Below the pieces are notes generated by a model that searched no databases, was not told the origin of the DNA, and saw only the letters and a list, made by a program, of their open reading frames with translations. This document shows positions 31,452 to 39,913 of a stretch of 64,000 bases of DNA, piece by piece (position 1 is the stretch's first letter; the number at the start of each line of letters is the position of its first letter). Origin of the DNA: Flavobacteriales bacterium (lineage in GTDB: Bacteria; Bacteroidota; Bacteroidia; Palsa-965). The stretch lies in contig JBEIPA010000005.1 in the NCBI GenBank assembly GCA_040377305.1, positions 128,001 to 192,000 of the forward strand, given 5' to 3'. The position numbers and the translations under genes were made by a program.

Positions 31452-31975
31452 TAGTTTTTGTTCTGAACCGTCACTACGAAATTGAATTTCAAAGCGGTGT
31501 AAAACGTCTTTCTGATCTCGAAAATTGCATCGCGATATGCGTCATTCAATCCGGGAGGATTTTCGAGCAGAATCAGATCAATGCGCTTGATTACATTTCC
31601 GATACTTTCTGCGTAAACAGGAGGACCTGCAATGTTGTCAATCTGTTCGAAGTAATCGTTGTCTGACGGAAGAAATAATGTAGTCCCATCAGGAGAAATT
31701 TGTTTCCAGTATTTATCCTCGATAATTTCTTCGTTGTGATCCCAAATCGAAGTCACGAGATCTGCATTCTTGAGAAGATTACTCTCGTCCTCCAACTCGT
31801 CGATGCTCACGAGATTATTCTCCAAGGTGAATTCCAGCGGCTTTCCGTTGATCACTTCCACGATGCGTTCAGAAAATCCCAATCGTACAAGCATGCGCAA
31901 GTTTCCGATTACCTGATCTTTCGTGTGATCAGTCGGCAAAATGGATTGTAACCCCCAATGACAAACTACGCTCAT
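31451..31975 (-). CDS. Hypothetical acidic cytoplasmic protein
   Basis: 174-aa ORF coupled to recX by an ATGA overlap. Confidence 0.65.
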   Translation of the reverse strand: MSVVCHWGLQSILPTDHTKDQVIGNLRMLVRLGFSERIVEVINGKPLEFTLENNLVSIDELEDESNLLKNADLVTSIWDHNEEIIEDKYWKQISPDGTTLFLPSDNDYFEQIDNIAGPPVYAESIGNVIKRIDLILLENPPGLNDAYRDAIFEIRKTFYTALKFNFVVTVQNKN

Positions 31976-32466
31976 ACTTTGGTGTATTTTGAAATTGCGT
32001 GAGACACGGCATCCGTTTCATAGCCGCGCGACATCATGTAACGCATCACTTTCATTTTCTTCTTCAGCGGATGCTTTTCCTTTTCCGATTTCCACTTTTT
32101 CGCGAGTGAATTCTCTAATGTCTCTTCGTAATCGTCCGCGCCGATTTCCTTCAGTGCTTTTCGGATTAGCACATCTGAAATCTTCCTTCTCTTCAGCTCC
32201 ATCTTGATTTTCTGTTTGCCCCACTTCTTAATGCGAAACTTTCCGCCCGCATAAGCAATGGCAAACCGCTCTTCATTCACAAAATTTCTGCTGATGAGTT
32301 CACCGATGATGTTCTCCACCGCGTCCGGATACAATCCCCACGAATAAAGTTTATCGCGTACTTCCTGCTGACAACGTTCCTGGTACGCACACCACGACTC
32401 AATCTTAGTTAACGCAAGATTAGGGTCGGTTATTTTCTTTACGCGGGATTCCTTATCAGTGTCCAC
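31972..32466 (-). CDS. recX: Regulatory protein RecX
   Basis: CAYQERCQQEVRDKL, FVNEERFA, KWGKQKI, SRGYE. GTG start chosen 4 nt after a TATCTTCG box. Confidence 0.9.
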   Translation of the reverse strand: MDTDKESRVKKITDPNLALTKIESWCAYQERCQQEVRDKLYSWGLYPDAVENIIGELISRNFVNEERFAIAYAGGKFRIKKWGKQKIKMELKRRKISDVLIRKALKEIGADDYEETLENSLAKKWKSEKEKHPLKKKMKVMRYMMSRGYETDAVSHAISKYTKV

Positions 32467-32609
32467 AAAACGAAGATACTCGATGTGCCGATACGCAGAT
32501 GGACAGAGGCACAACAGAGACAACTGTTCGATTTGACCTTCGTCTCCTGTTTAGGAACCCCATTTCCATAGACTTTGCTATATTTATTCACCCAAACAAC
32601 CCTTACACT

Positions 32610-33305
32610 ATGAAAAAGTTGTGTCTGGTTGTGGCGTTAATAAGCGCTATGACCATGTTTGGCCAGTCGAAGTTTGGAAACAAACCGGGTGGTCAATTCT
32701 CTATTGGAATTCGAAGTACTACTTCCTTATTTTCTGACGAAAGTGGAACCGGAACCGGATTCGGCGGACAAGTACGTCTGCGATTCTTTCACCTTCTGAA
32801 CTCCGAGTGGTTTGCAGATTACATCACTTCCGACATTGAAAACGGACTTGGCAACCGAACTGATTATCACATCGGATGGTCGGTCATGTTCTATCCGGGA
32901 TTTGCTTATCGGAACAATGAACGATTGAAGCTGCAACCATATTTACTTGCGGGGCACTGCTTCGACTGGTCAACATTCGAAAGTCGTGATGTGCTCGAAA
33001 GAAACTATGCTGAACGATTCAGTTCTGCTGTTCAGGCCGGAATCGGATTTCATCTTCCTTTACATGAACGAGTGGATTTTTCCATGAGCGCGCAATACAT
33101 GATTCACTTCGGTGAAGAAGTCGTAGTGACGAAGCGATCGAATGTCGCAGGACATGAGTATCTCTACTTTGACACAGAGCAACCGGAAGGATTAGAAGGT
33201 CACGTGCTTGCAACGTTCAGTCTCAATTTCCGCATTGCTGATTTCTGGAAGAATAAAACAAAAGGTGTGCAGGATAAGGCACCGGTATTGGAGGAAGGAC
33301 AATGA
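32610..33305 (+). CDS. Outer-membrane beta-barrel protein
   Basis: Signal peptide and QPYLLAG / AVQAGIGF strands. Confidence 0.75.
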   Translation: MKKLCLVVALISAMTMFGQSKFGNKPGGQFSIGIRSTTSLFSDESGTGTGFGGQVRLRFFHLLNSEWFADYITSDIENGLGNRTDYHIGWSVMFYPGFAYRNNERLKLQPYLLAGHCFDWSTFESRDVLERNYAERFSSAVQAGIGFHLPLHERVDFSMSAQYMIHFGEEVVVTKRSNVAGHEYLYFDTEQPEGLEGHVLATFSLNFRIADFWKNKTKGVQDKAPVLEEGQ

Positions 33306-33997
33306 AGAAGATAATCGCAATTGCTTTTCTCTCGGCTGCAGTAATCTCAGCAAAAGCACAGACCACTCAACCTTCTGACGGTGGTGAACCAGTAACCGTT
33401 CGCACACTCGCACAGATGATGCGTTTACAGGCGACCATTTCTCCGGCGTGGAGTGTAACACTTCTTAATGGTAATGACAGCATTGAATCAATAGGTGGTG
33501 GACGCACAAATGTTTACGCACACGGTACTGCAGAATACTATTGGGACGAACGTTTCTCAACCCGGGCGGATATTTATTTCCTGATCAATAAGAGTAGTGA
33601 GCCCGGTGGTGTGAAACACAATCACGGCCTTCAGATTGGCGCATCGTGTCACCTACTCAAAGGAAGCAATATCGATCCGTTCATTGGAATCCGGGCCGGA
33701 CTAAATTACACGCAAGCTCAACAGCGAAGTGAAATTTATCCGCAGACTCCCACGACGAATGCAACAATCAATTATCATCCCTCAGGACATCTTGATCCAA
33801 CGTGGGCTCCGGTTGTTGGTTGCAATTTCTACGGAGAACGGATTTTCCACTTCTTCATTGAAGGCGCATGGATGCAGGGAACGTATCGTCCTTATGCAGG
33901 TCCGCAGTTTTCTCTCGAAGAATTCCGTGTATCGGCAGGATTAGGTTTCAACTTCAGCTTCTATAAGCCGGTAGATACGGTAAGAAAGAAGATCTAA
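33302..33997 (+). CDS. Outer-membrane beta-barrel protein
   Basis: Signal peptide, IDPFIG, SAGLGFNF. Confidence 0.72.
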   Translation: MKKIIAIAFLSAAVISAKAQTTQPSDGGEPVTVRTLAQMMRLQATISPAWSVTLLNGNDSIESIGGGRTNVYAHGTAEYYWDERFSTRADIYFLINKSSEPGGVKHNHGLQIGASCHLLKGSNIDPFIGIRAGLNYTQAQQRSEIYPQTPTTNATINYHPSGHLDPTWAPVVGCNFYGERIFHFFIEGAWMQGTYRPYAGPQFSLEEFRVSAGLGFNFSFYKPVDTVRKKI

Positions 33998-34080
33998 CAA
34001 TACGCAATGAACAATGCGCAATACGCAGTCGAAAATCGATTACTGCATATTGCGCATTGCGTATTAAAAATTGCGTATTG
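33998..34080. repeat. Heptamer (CAATRCG) inverted tandem array between convergent genes
   Basis: caatacgcaatgaacaatgcgcaatacgc ... gcatattgcgcattgcgtatt..ttgcgtattg. A one-sided copy lies at 46568-46606. Confidence 0.85.
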
Positions 34081-34082
34081 AC

Positions 34083-36140
34083 TTACCAGATTGCCACTCG
34101 TTCGCTTTCTCCCAACCACATATTGTCTCCCTGCTTCACACCAAACGCATCATGAAATGCAGCGATGTTTGCGAACGGACCATTGACGCGCCATTTTCCA
34201 GGTGAGTGTACGTCGGTGAGCAAGCGCTGTGCAAGTGCTTCTTCACGTTGGTGACCCATCCATCCGAGCGCGTAGCCCATGAAGTAACGCTGTGCCGGAG
34301 TGTATCCGCCTTTCTTCTCGCCTTTCTTATATTGTTCCGTTTTCACAAATGCATCCCAACCGAGAAGAATTCCGCCGTAGTCCGCAATGTTTTCTCCGAT
34401 CGTTGCTTCACCGTTGATGAATTTTCCGGGAAGTGGCTCAAACTTGCTGAACTGATCGATCATCACTTGTGCACGGGATTTAAATTTCTCTCCGTCAGTT
34501 GCAGTCCACCAGTTCACCAAATTTCCGGCTGCGTCAAAGTTTCTTCCCTGATCATCGAAACCATGTGTGATCTCGTGTCCGATTGTAGAAGCTGCTGCGT
34601 AGCCGTACACCATTGCATCGTCTGCCAACGAATCGGGTAATCCCGGAATGATGAAGATAGCTGCAGGTAATACGATCTCGTTGTTCGAAGGATTGTAATA
34701 CGCATTATACGTTTGCGGTGTCATGCTCCACTCTGTGCGATCAACCGGCTTTCCGTATTTGATAATCATGTCGTTGAATTCCCATCGCGATGCATTCATC
34801 ATATTCTCGCAGTAAGAATTCGTTCCGATCACCAATGCAGAATAATCTTTCCACTTGTCGGGATAACCCACTTTCTTGGTCATCTTCGCCAGTTTGTCGA
34901 GCGCTTTTTCTTTTGTGGTGTCACTCATCCACTCGAGGTTCTGAATACGAACTGCATACACATCGCGGATGGACTCAACGAGATCGACATAACGCTGCTT
35001 CGCAGTTTCATCGAAATGTTTTTCTGTCCATAACTTTCCGAGTACCATTCCCATTGCAGATTCTTCTGAATCAAGAACACGCTTCCAACGCTCGCGCTGT
35101 TCTTCTGCACCTTGCAACATCTTGCCATAGAAATTGAAATCGGAATTGTCAATATCTGCCGACATGTAACTCGCGTAGGAAGAAACGAGGTGATACTGCA
35201 AATACGCTTTCAGAACATCAACCGGAGTTGTGTTCAAAGTCTTTTCGAGGTTCGAGAAAAATTCAGGCTGACCTACAATTACAGAATCTACATTCGCACA
35301 ACCGAGCGTTGTACAAATTGTTGACCAGTCGATAGAAGGAGTGAGTTTGCTCGTCACATCCTTAGTAGACATTTTGTTGTAGTTCTTGTAATCGTCGCGC
35401 AAGTCAGCCAGTTCGCGTGAAGATTCTGCAAGCTTTGTTTCGAAAGCGAGAATTGCAGTTGCAGCCGCATCGGCTTTGTCTTTGGTGTAACCAGTTAGAA
35501 CCAACATTTCCGAAACGTGCGCAGGATATGCATCGCGAATTGCTTTTGTTTCCGGATCTGTGTTGAAGTAGTAATCGCGATCAGGAAGACCGAGTCCACC
35601 TTGCCACAAGTGAACAGCCATCACGTCGCTATTGCGCGCATCCTGTCCAACGTAAAATCCTCCATAAAATGCACCCACACGAAGTGGCTCGAATTCAACC
35701 ATCGTGTTAATTGCACCTTTCACATCTGTAATGGCATTGATATGGTCGATCTGCGTTTGCAAGGGAGTAAATCCGAGTTTGTCTGCTTTCACAGAGTCCA
35801 TTCCCGTAGACCAGAAGTCGCCGATCTTACGCTGATCTGTTCCTTCAGCCGCATTTGCAGCAGCAGCATCAACACTGATTTGTTTCAGGTTAACGTAATT
35901 CTGTTCTTCCACGAGATGACCAATTCCCCATGAAACTTCGGAAGCAGGAATTGGATTATTCTTTAACCACTGTCCGTTGCACCAGGCAAAAAAATCGTCG
36001 GCCGGATTTACTGTAGTATCAACGTGCGACGCGAGGTAATCGGGACCTTCTGCAACAACTTCTGTTTTGTTATCGCCACAAGCGAATGCAAGAACAGTAA
36101 GAACTGCTGCAATGCCGGGAAGGAGAATCTGCTTCTTCAT
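34083..36140 (-). CDS. M13-family metallopeptidase (PepO/neprilysin-like) lipoprotein
   Basis: NAYY, GHEITHGFD, GENIAD. Lipobox AFAC. Confidence 0.95.
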   Translation of the reverse strand: MKKQILLPGIAAVLTVLAFACGDNKTEVVAEGPDYLASHVDTTVNPADDFFAWCNGQWLKNNPIPASEVSWGIGHLVEEQNYVNLKQISVDAAAANAAEGTDQRKIGDFWSTGMDSVKADKLGFTPLQTQIDHINAITDVKGAINTMVEFEPLRVGAFYGGFYVGQDARNSDVMAVHLWQGGLGLPDRDYYFNTDPETKAIRDAYPAHVSEMLVLTGYTKDKADAAATAILAFETKLAESSRELADLRDDYKNYNKMSTKDVTSKLTPSIDWSTICTTLGCANVDSVIVGQPEFFSNLEKTLNTTPVDVLKAYLQYHLVSSYASYMSADIDNSDFNFYGKMLQGAEEQRERWKRVLDSEESAMGMVLGKLWTEKHFDETAKQRYVDLVESIRDVYAVRIQNLEWMSDTTKEKALDKLAKMTKKVGYPDKWKDYSALVIGTNSYCENMMNASRWEFNDMIIKYGKPVDRTEWSMTPQTYNAYYNPSNNEIVLPAAIFIIPGLPDSLADDAMVYGYAAASTIGHEITHGFDDQGRNFDAAGNLVNWWTATDGEKFKSRAQVMIDQFSKFEPLPGKFINGEATIGENIADYGGILLGWDAFVKTEQYKKGEKKGGYTPAQRYFMGYALGWMGHQREEALAQRLLTDVHSPGKWRVNGPFANIAAFHDAFGVKQGDNMWLGESERVAIW

Positions 36141-36232
36141 GTGAGGGTTTTTAGAGGTCGCAATTTACTTCGAAATTTCACTCAACACTCCGAAAAAGTA
36201 TGAACGGTCTACCACGAAGCACGACGGCACCG

Positions 36233-36396
36233 AATGTGCTAAAGGGCTAATATGCTAATATGCTAACCGATTCTGGAGGTTAACACAATTCCTCTTAATT
36301 GAAAGGAGTGACCCATTTCTGAATCACTCCTTTAGCACATTAGCAAATTATCCCATTAGCACATTATCCCATTAACACATTAACCCATTAGCACAT
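36233..36396. repeat. Octamer (AATRTGCT / AGCACATT) inverted tandem arrays around a hairpin
   Basis: Left array 36233-36266, right array 36331-36396, with central AAAGGAGTGA...TCACTCCTTT. Confidence 0.85.
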
Positions 36397-37286
36397 TATT
36401 TTGGCTGCTCCTCTTCCTTCGGCTGATCTGCCGGTACTGGATCCGGTGCTGGTGCTGGTTGTTGTTCGCCTTGAGGCTGATCCTGAATCTCAATTACTTC
36501 AGAGTTGTTCTCAACACGTTTGCCTGCTGCTTCCTGCACTGCTGCACTGTCAGCTGCTTCTTTTTCTGCTGCTGCCTGATACATGCGTTCCTGAGCCGCC
36601 ATTCCGGTGTAGAAACTATGTGTAGTGATGATCACCGCACCACCTGAAAGATCGCCGTACTCTGCAGGAATTCCTCCCGACAAAACAGTTACTTGTCCGA
36701 TTCCAAGTGCAGGAACATTGTAGCTGCCGTAGGTTTTTTCTCCGTCGATGTAGATTGCAGAAGCACCTTCACGTGAGCCACGCATGACCATTTGTCCGCC
36801 AGCACCAATTGATACCTGTGAAGAATAGCCGGTAATCATTTGTCCTACATCGCCGCGTGGACCTGCTGCAGTTTTGATTTGATCAGCATTGATGCTCTGA
36901 ATAGTTGAGAACGTTGGATCAACCGGACTTCTGCTTGCCACAACCTCCTTGACCGGAAGTGTATCAGTTTTCACAACCATGTTATACGTGATGTAAGCTG
37001 TTTGTCCGGCAGCAACCTGTACACCTGATTTTGTGTATTCCTTGTAACCGGTGAGCACAGATTTTACATCGTAAGTACCTGGATTCAGATTCACAAAAGT
37101 GAAATTCCCATCTAAGTCTGTTGCGCCACCCATGGTAGGTCCGCCTGCTGTGATCTGAACAATCGCGCCTGGTACCGGCAATCTGTTTTCATCAAGCACT
37201 GTTACTTTGATTCGTCCGTTCGTTTGTGCAGTTGCCATCGGAACAAGAAGGACAAATGCGATGAGTGTTGTAAGGAGAGTTTTCAT
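36396..37286 (-). CDS. Carboxypeptidase-regulatory-like + TonB plug domain protein, no barrel
   Basis: TDLDGNF..LNPGTY, RGSR....IYIDG, VLSGGIPAEYGDLSGGAVIITT, then an acidic/Pro tail and the stop. Confidence 0.8.
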   Translation of the reverse strand: MKTLLTTLIAFVLLVPMATAQTNGRIKVTVLDENRLPVPGAIVQITAGGPTMGGATDLDGNFTFVNLNPGTYDVKSVLTGYKEYTKSGVQVAAGQTAYITYNMVVKTDTLPVKEVVASRSPVDPTFSTIQSINADQIKTAAGPRGDVGQMITGYSSQVSIGAGGQMVMRGSREGASAIYIDGEKTYGSYNVPALGIGQVTVLSGGIPAEYGDLSGGAVIITTHSFYTGMAAQERMYQAAAEKEAADSAAVQEAAGKRVENNSEVIEIQDQPQGEQQPAPAPDPVPADQPKEEEQPK

Positions 37287-37556
37287 AATATGAGGTTTTA
37301 TAGTGTATGACTTCGTTTCTGATGGTATGACGCAGGGCAAATCATATTCCATAAGAAGTGGTGGTGTAAGCCTGAACTTTCTCAAAACAAATGGTAAGTG
37401 GCGTGCTTTGCAGATCAAGTGGTCGCATGGCGGTACGATATGGAAATGTACTGATGTGCCTATGTTCCAATACAAAGAGTAGACACGTAAGAAATGACCG
37501 AAGTTGGTTTCGTCAAACCATTAACCTGGATTAAGTTTGATATCAAATCAAGTACT

Positions 37557-39080
37557 ATGAAACTTCTCTACACAATCGCTGCACTTTTCATCACCACAGC
37601 CCTGTCTGCACAGGTGTATGCTTATCAGGCACTAATTCCTGGCAGCGTTAGTACGCTGATGTACGAAACAACTGAAACTTCCACTGCATATTATCACACC
37701 GGCAGCTCCAATACGAATGATCCATTCCTGGCTGACATTCTTGTCTATAAAACCGACAAGCTTGGTACACCTGTATGGTCATATACGTACGGTGATTCCG
37801 CAGTACAAGAAGGTGGATGGGCAATACGCGAAGCCAACAATGGTACGCTCGTAGTTTATGCACAAAAAGATTTTAACGAATGGAATTCGGAAGTAGTGAT
37901 GCTGGGGCTGGACACCAATGGAAATTTACTCTGGACACATTCCTATGGAGGCAGCGCATCGGAAATCGTACAACAGTTTACGGAAACACCAGATGGAGGA
38001 TTCCTCATATATGGAACGACCAGTTCGGTGGGCGATGGCAGTTCGAACCTCTTCACAATGAAAGTGGACATGAATGGCAATGTATTGTGGGATCATGTGT
38101 ATGGCGATCAATACGCTGCTTTCGGGTTTGATGTGACTACTACTCCAGACAGCGGCTTTATGGCTGTTGGTTATTATACCGATCTGGGAGGAAACCATAC
38201 TCACTTATTGAAATTGAATTCGATCGGAGATACTGTATGGAGCAAACAGTTTGTGAATAGCGCCGACATTGAACTGGGGAGCATTCAGACCATTTCTACA
38301 GGCGGATATCTCATCACAGGAAGATGTGATACGAGTAAAGGAATGGTCATGCGCATTGATGACAACGGAAATCACTTGTGGACCCGCACCTACGACAATG
38401 GAACGAGTGTATATATAAATGAAGGATATGAACACTCCGGTGGTTTCGTTTTCGCTGGCACTCATTTCAATCAAAGCGCATCAAGTAACATGTTCCTCCT
38501 GCAGACCGATACCAGTGGAAATGTACTCTGGACTAGATCCTACGGCAGTAATGATGCAGATCAAGTCATGAGCTTACTACCAACAACCGACAATGGTTTA
38601 ATGATTTCAGGTGCCTCATGGGGATTTATGCCAGGTGTGCACGGATTCATGATAAAAACAGATGACTTAGGTGCGAGTGGGTGTAATGAGTATACGGTTA
38701 CTTTCAACGCTGGAAGCACTTCATATACTACTTCTCCATTGCCAATACCAGTGATGACCGGATTGAGCGACACTGTTATTGTAATCCCTCGCCGAGTAAA
38801 TCCCGGATATCAGAATTTGTGTGGAACTTCAGTGGAAGAAAACGCCTCGCTCAACGTAGAAGTATATCCAAATCCGGTTTCCGGTGATGTAAATCCTCAA
38901 CTAAATTCAACTGAAGTACTTCGCGTAATGATTTACTCAGTTGATGGCTCACTCCTAAGTGATGAAATTATTCAACCATCAGGCACAATTACAATTCCGG
39001 AAACCCCGGGAATGTATTTGATTCGCATGTATAAGGATGGGAATTTGTACACCACGCAACGCATCATTCGTAGCGAATAA
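37557..39080 (+). CDS. T9SS type-A cargo protein with beta-propeller-like repeats
   Basis: Repeats of K.D..GN.LW...YG..DGG, and CTD VYPNP...PGMYLIR. Confidence 0.85.
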   Translation: MKLLYTIAALFITTALSAQVYAYQALIPGSVSTLMYETTETSTAYYHTGSSNTNDPFLADILVYKTDKLGTPVWSYTYGDSAVQEGGWAIREANNGTLVVYAQKDFNEWNSEVVMLGLDTNGNLLWTHSYGGSASEIVQQFTETPDGGFLIYGTTSSVGDGSSNLFTMKVDMNGNVLWDHVYGDQYAAFGFDVTTTPDSGFMAVGYYTDLGGNHTHLLKLNSIGDTVWSKQFVNSADIELGSIQTISTGGYLITGRCDTSKGMVMRIDDNGNHLWTRTYDNGTSVYINEGYEHSGGFVFAGTHFNQSASSNMFLLQTDTSGNVLWTRSYGSNDADQVMSLLPTTDNGLMISGASWGFMPGVHGFMIKTDDLGASGCNEYTVTFNAGSTSYTTSPLPIPVMTGLSDTVIVIPRRVNPGYQNLCGTSVEENASLNVEVYPNPVSGDVNPQLNSTEVLRVMIYSVDGSLLSDEIIQPSGTITIPETPGMYLIRMYKDGNLYTTQRIIRSE

Positions 39081-39084
39081 AATT

Positions 39085-39726
39085 CTACGCGGTTACGAAA
39101 GAATTGAATTTCTTCTCGTAACCAATTGTTGTTGAAGGACCATGTCCTGGGTAAACCGTGACATCATCTGGCAAGGTGTATAACTGTGTCTTGATACTTT
39201 TCTCGAGTGTTGCGAAATCTCCGCCGGGTAAATCCGTACGTCCGATTGAATTCTGGAAAAGCACATCGCCACCAATTACGAACTTTTGTTCTGCATTGTA
39301 AAAACACACGCTACCGGGAGAATGTCCCGGTGTAAAGAGAATGTGCAGGGTCGATTGGCCAAAGACAACTGCGTGACCTTCCTGCAGAAAATGCGCCGGA
39401 GCCGGTTGTGGTCCACCATTTAAACCATACATCTGGCAAACCTTAGCAAACGAATTCAGAACCGGTACGTCTAACTCATGCATCTCGAGTCCAAGTTTCC
39501 AGTTTTCGGCCACAAATAGGTTCCCAAATACGTGATCCACATGACAATGCGTATTGAGCAATTTCACCGGCTTAAGTCCGTTTTTGGTAATGAAATTGGT
39601 CAATTCCTGCTCTTCAGAACTATTGTGGCAGCCAGGATCTATGATCACGCATTCCCGGGTTTCGTCGGAAAGGATGTAACTATTCTCGGAAAACGGGTTA
39701 AAGGTGAAAGAGTGTACTTCAATCAT
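39085..39726 (-). CDS. MBL-fold metallo-hydrolase (glyoxalase II family)
   Basis: THCHVDH, PGHSPGS, GDVLF, PGHG. Confidence 0.93.
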   Translation of the reverse strand: MIEVHSFTFNPFSENSYILSDETRECVIIDPGCHNSSEEQELTNFITKNGLKPVKLLNTHCHVDHVFGNLFVAENWKLGLEMHELDVPVLNSFAKVCQMYGLNGGPQPAPAHFLQEGHAVVFGQSTLHILFTPGHSPGSVCFYNAEQKFVIGGDVLFQNSIGRTDLPGGDFATLEKSIKTQLYTLPDDVTVYPGHGPSTTIGYEKKFNSFVTA

Positions 39727-39738
39727 ACCACAAAAGTA

Positions 39739-39823
39739 AGGAGTTCGGAGTTGGGAGATCGAAGTCGGGAGAAAAACGGCGCATTATTCACTTACTCCCG
39801 TCTCCCAACTCCATCTCCCAACT
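39739..39823. repeat. Heptamer inverted pair, third copy of the GGAGTTG family
   Basis: aggagttcggagttgggagatcgaagtcgggag ... ctcccgtctcccaactccatctcccaact. Confidence 0.85.
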
Positions 39824-39913
39824 TGCCAGAACGCCCGTGAATAGTTAACTTTAAAGTCCAACAAAACCCAATTGCAGAACATCCCTGGTCGGCTGCAAAA
39901 TGTAAAGTGAAGT

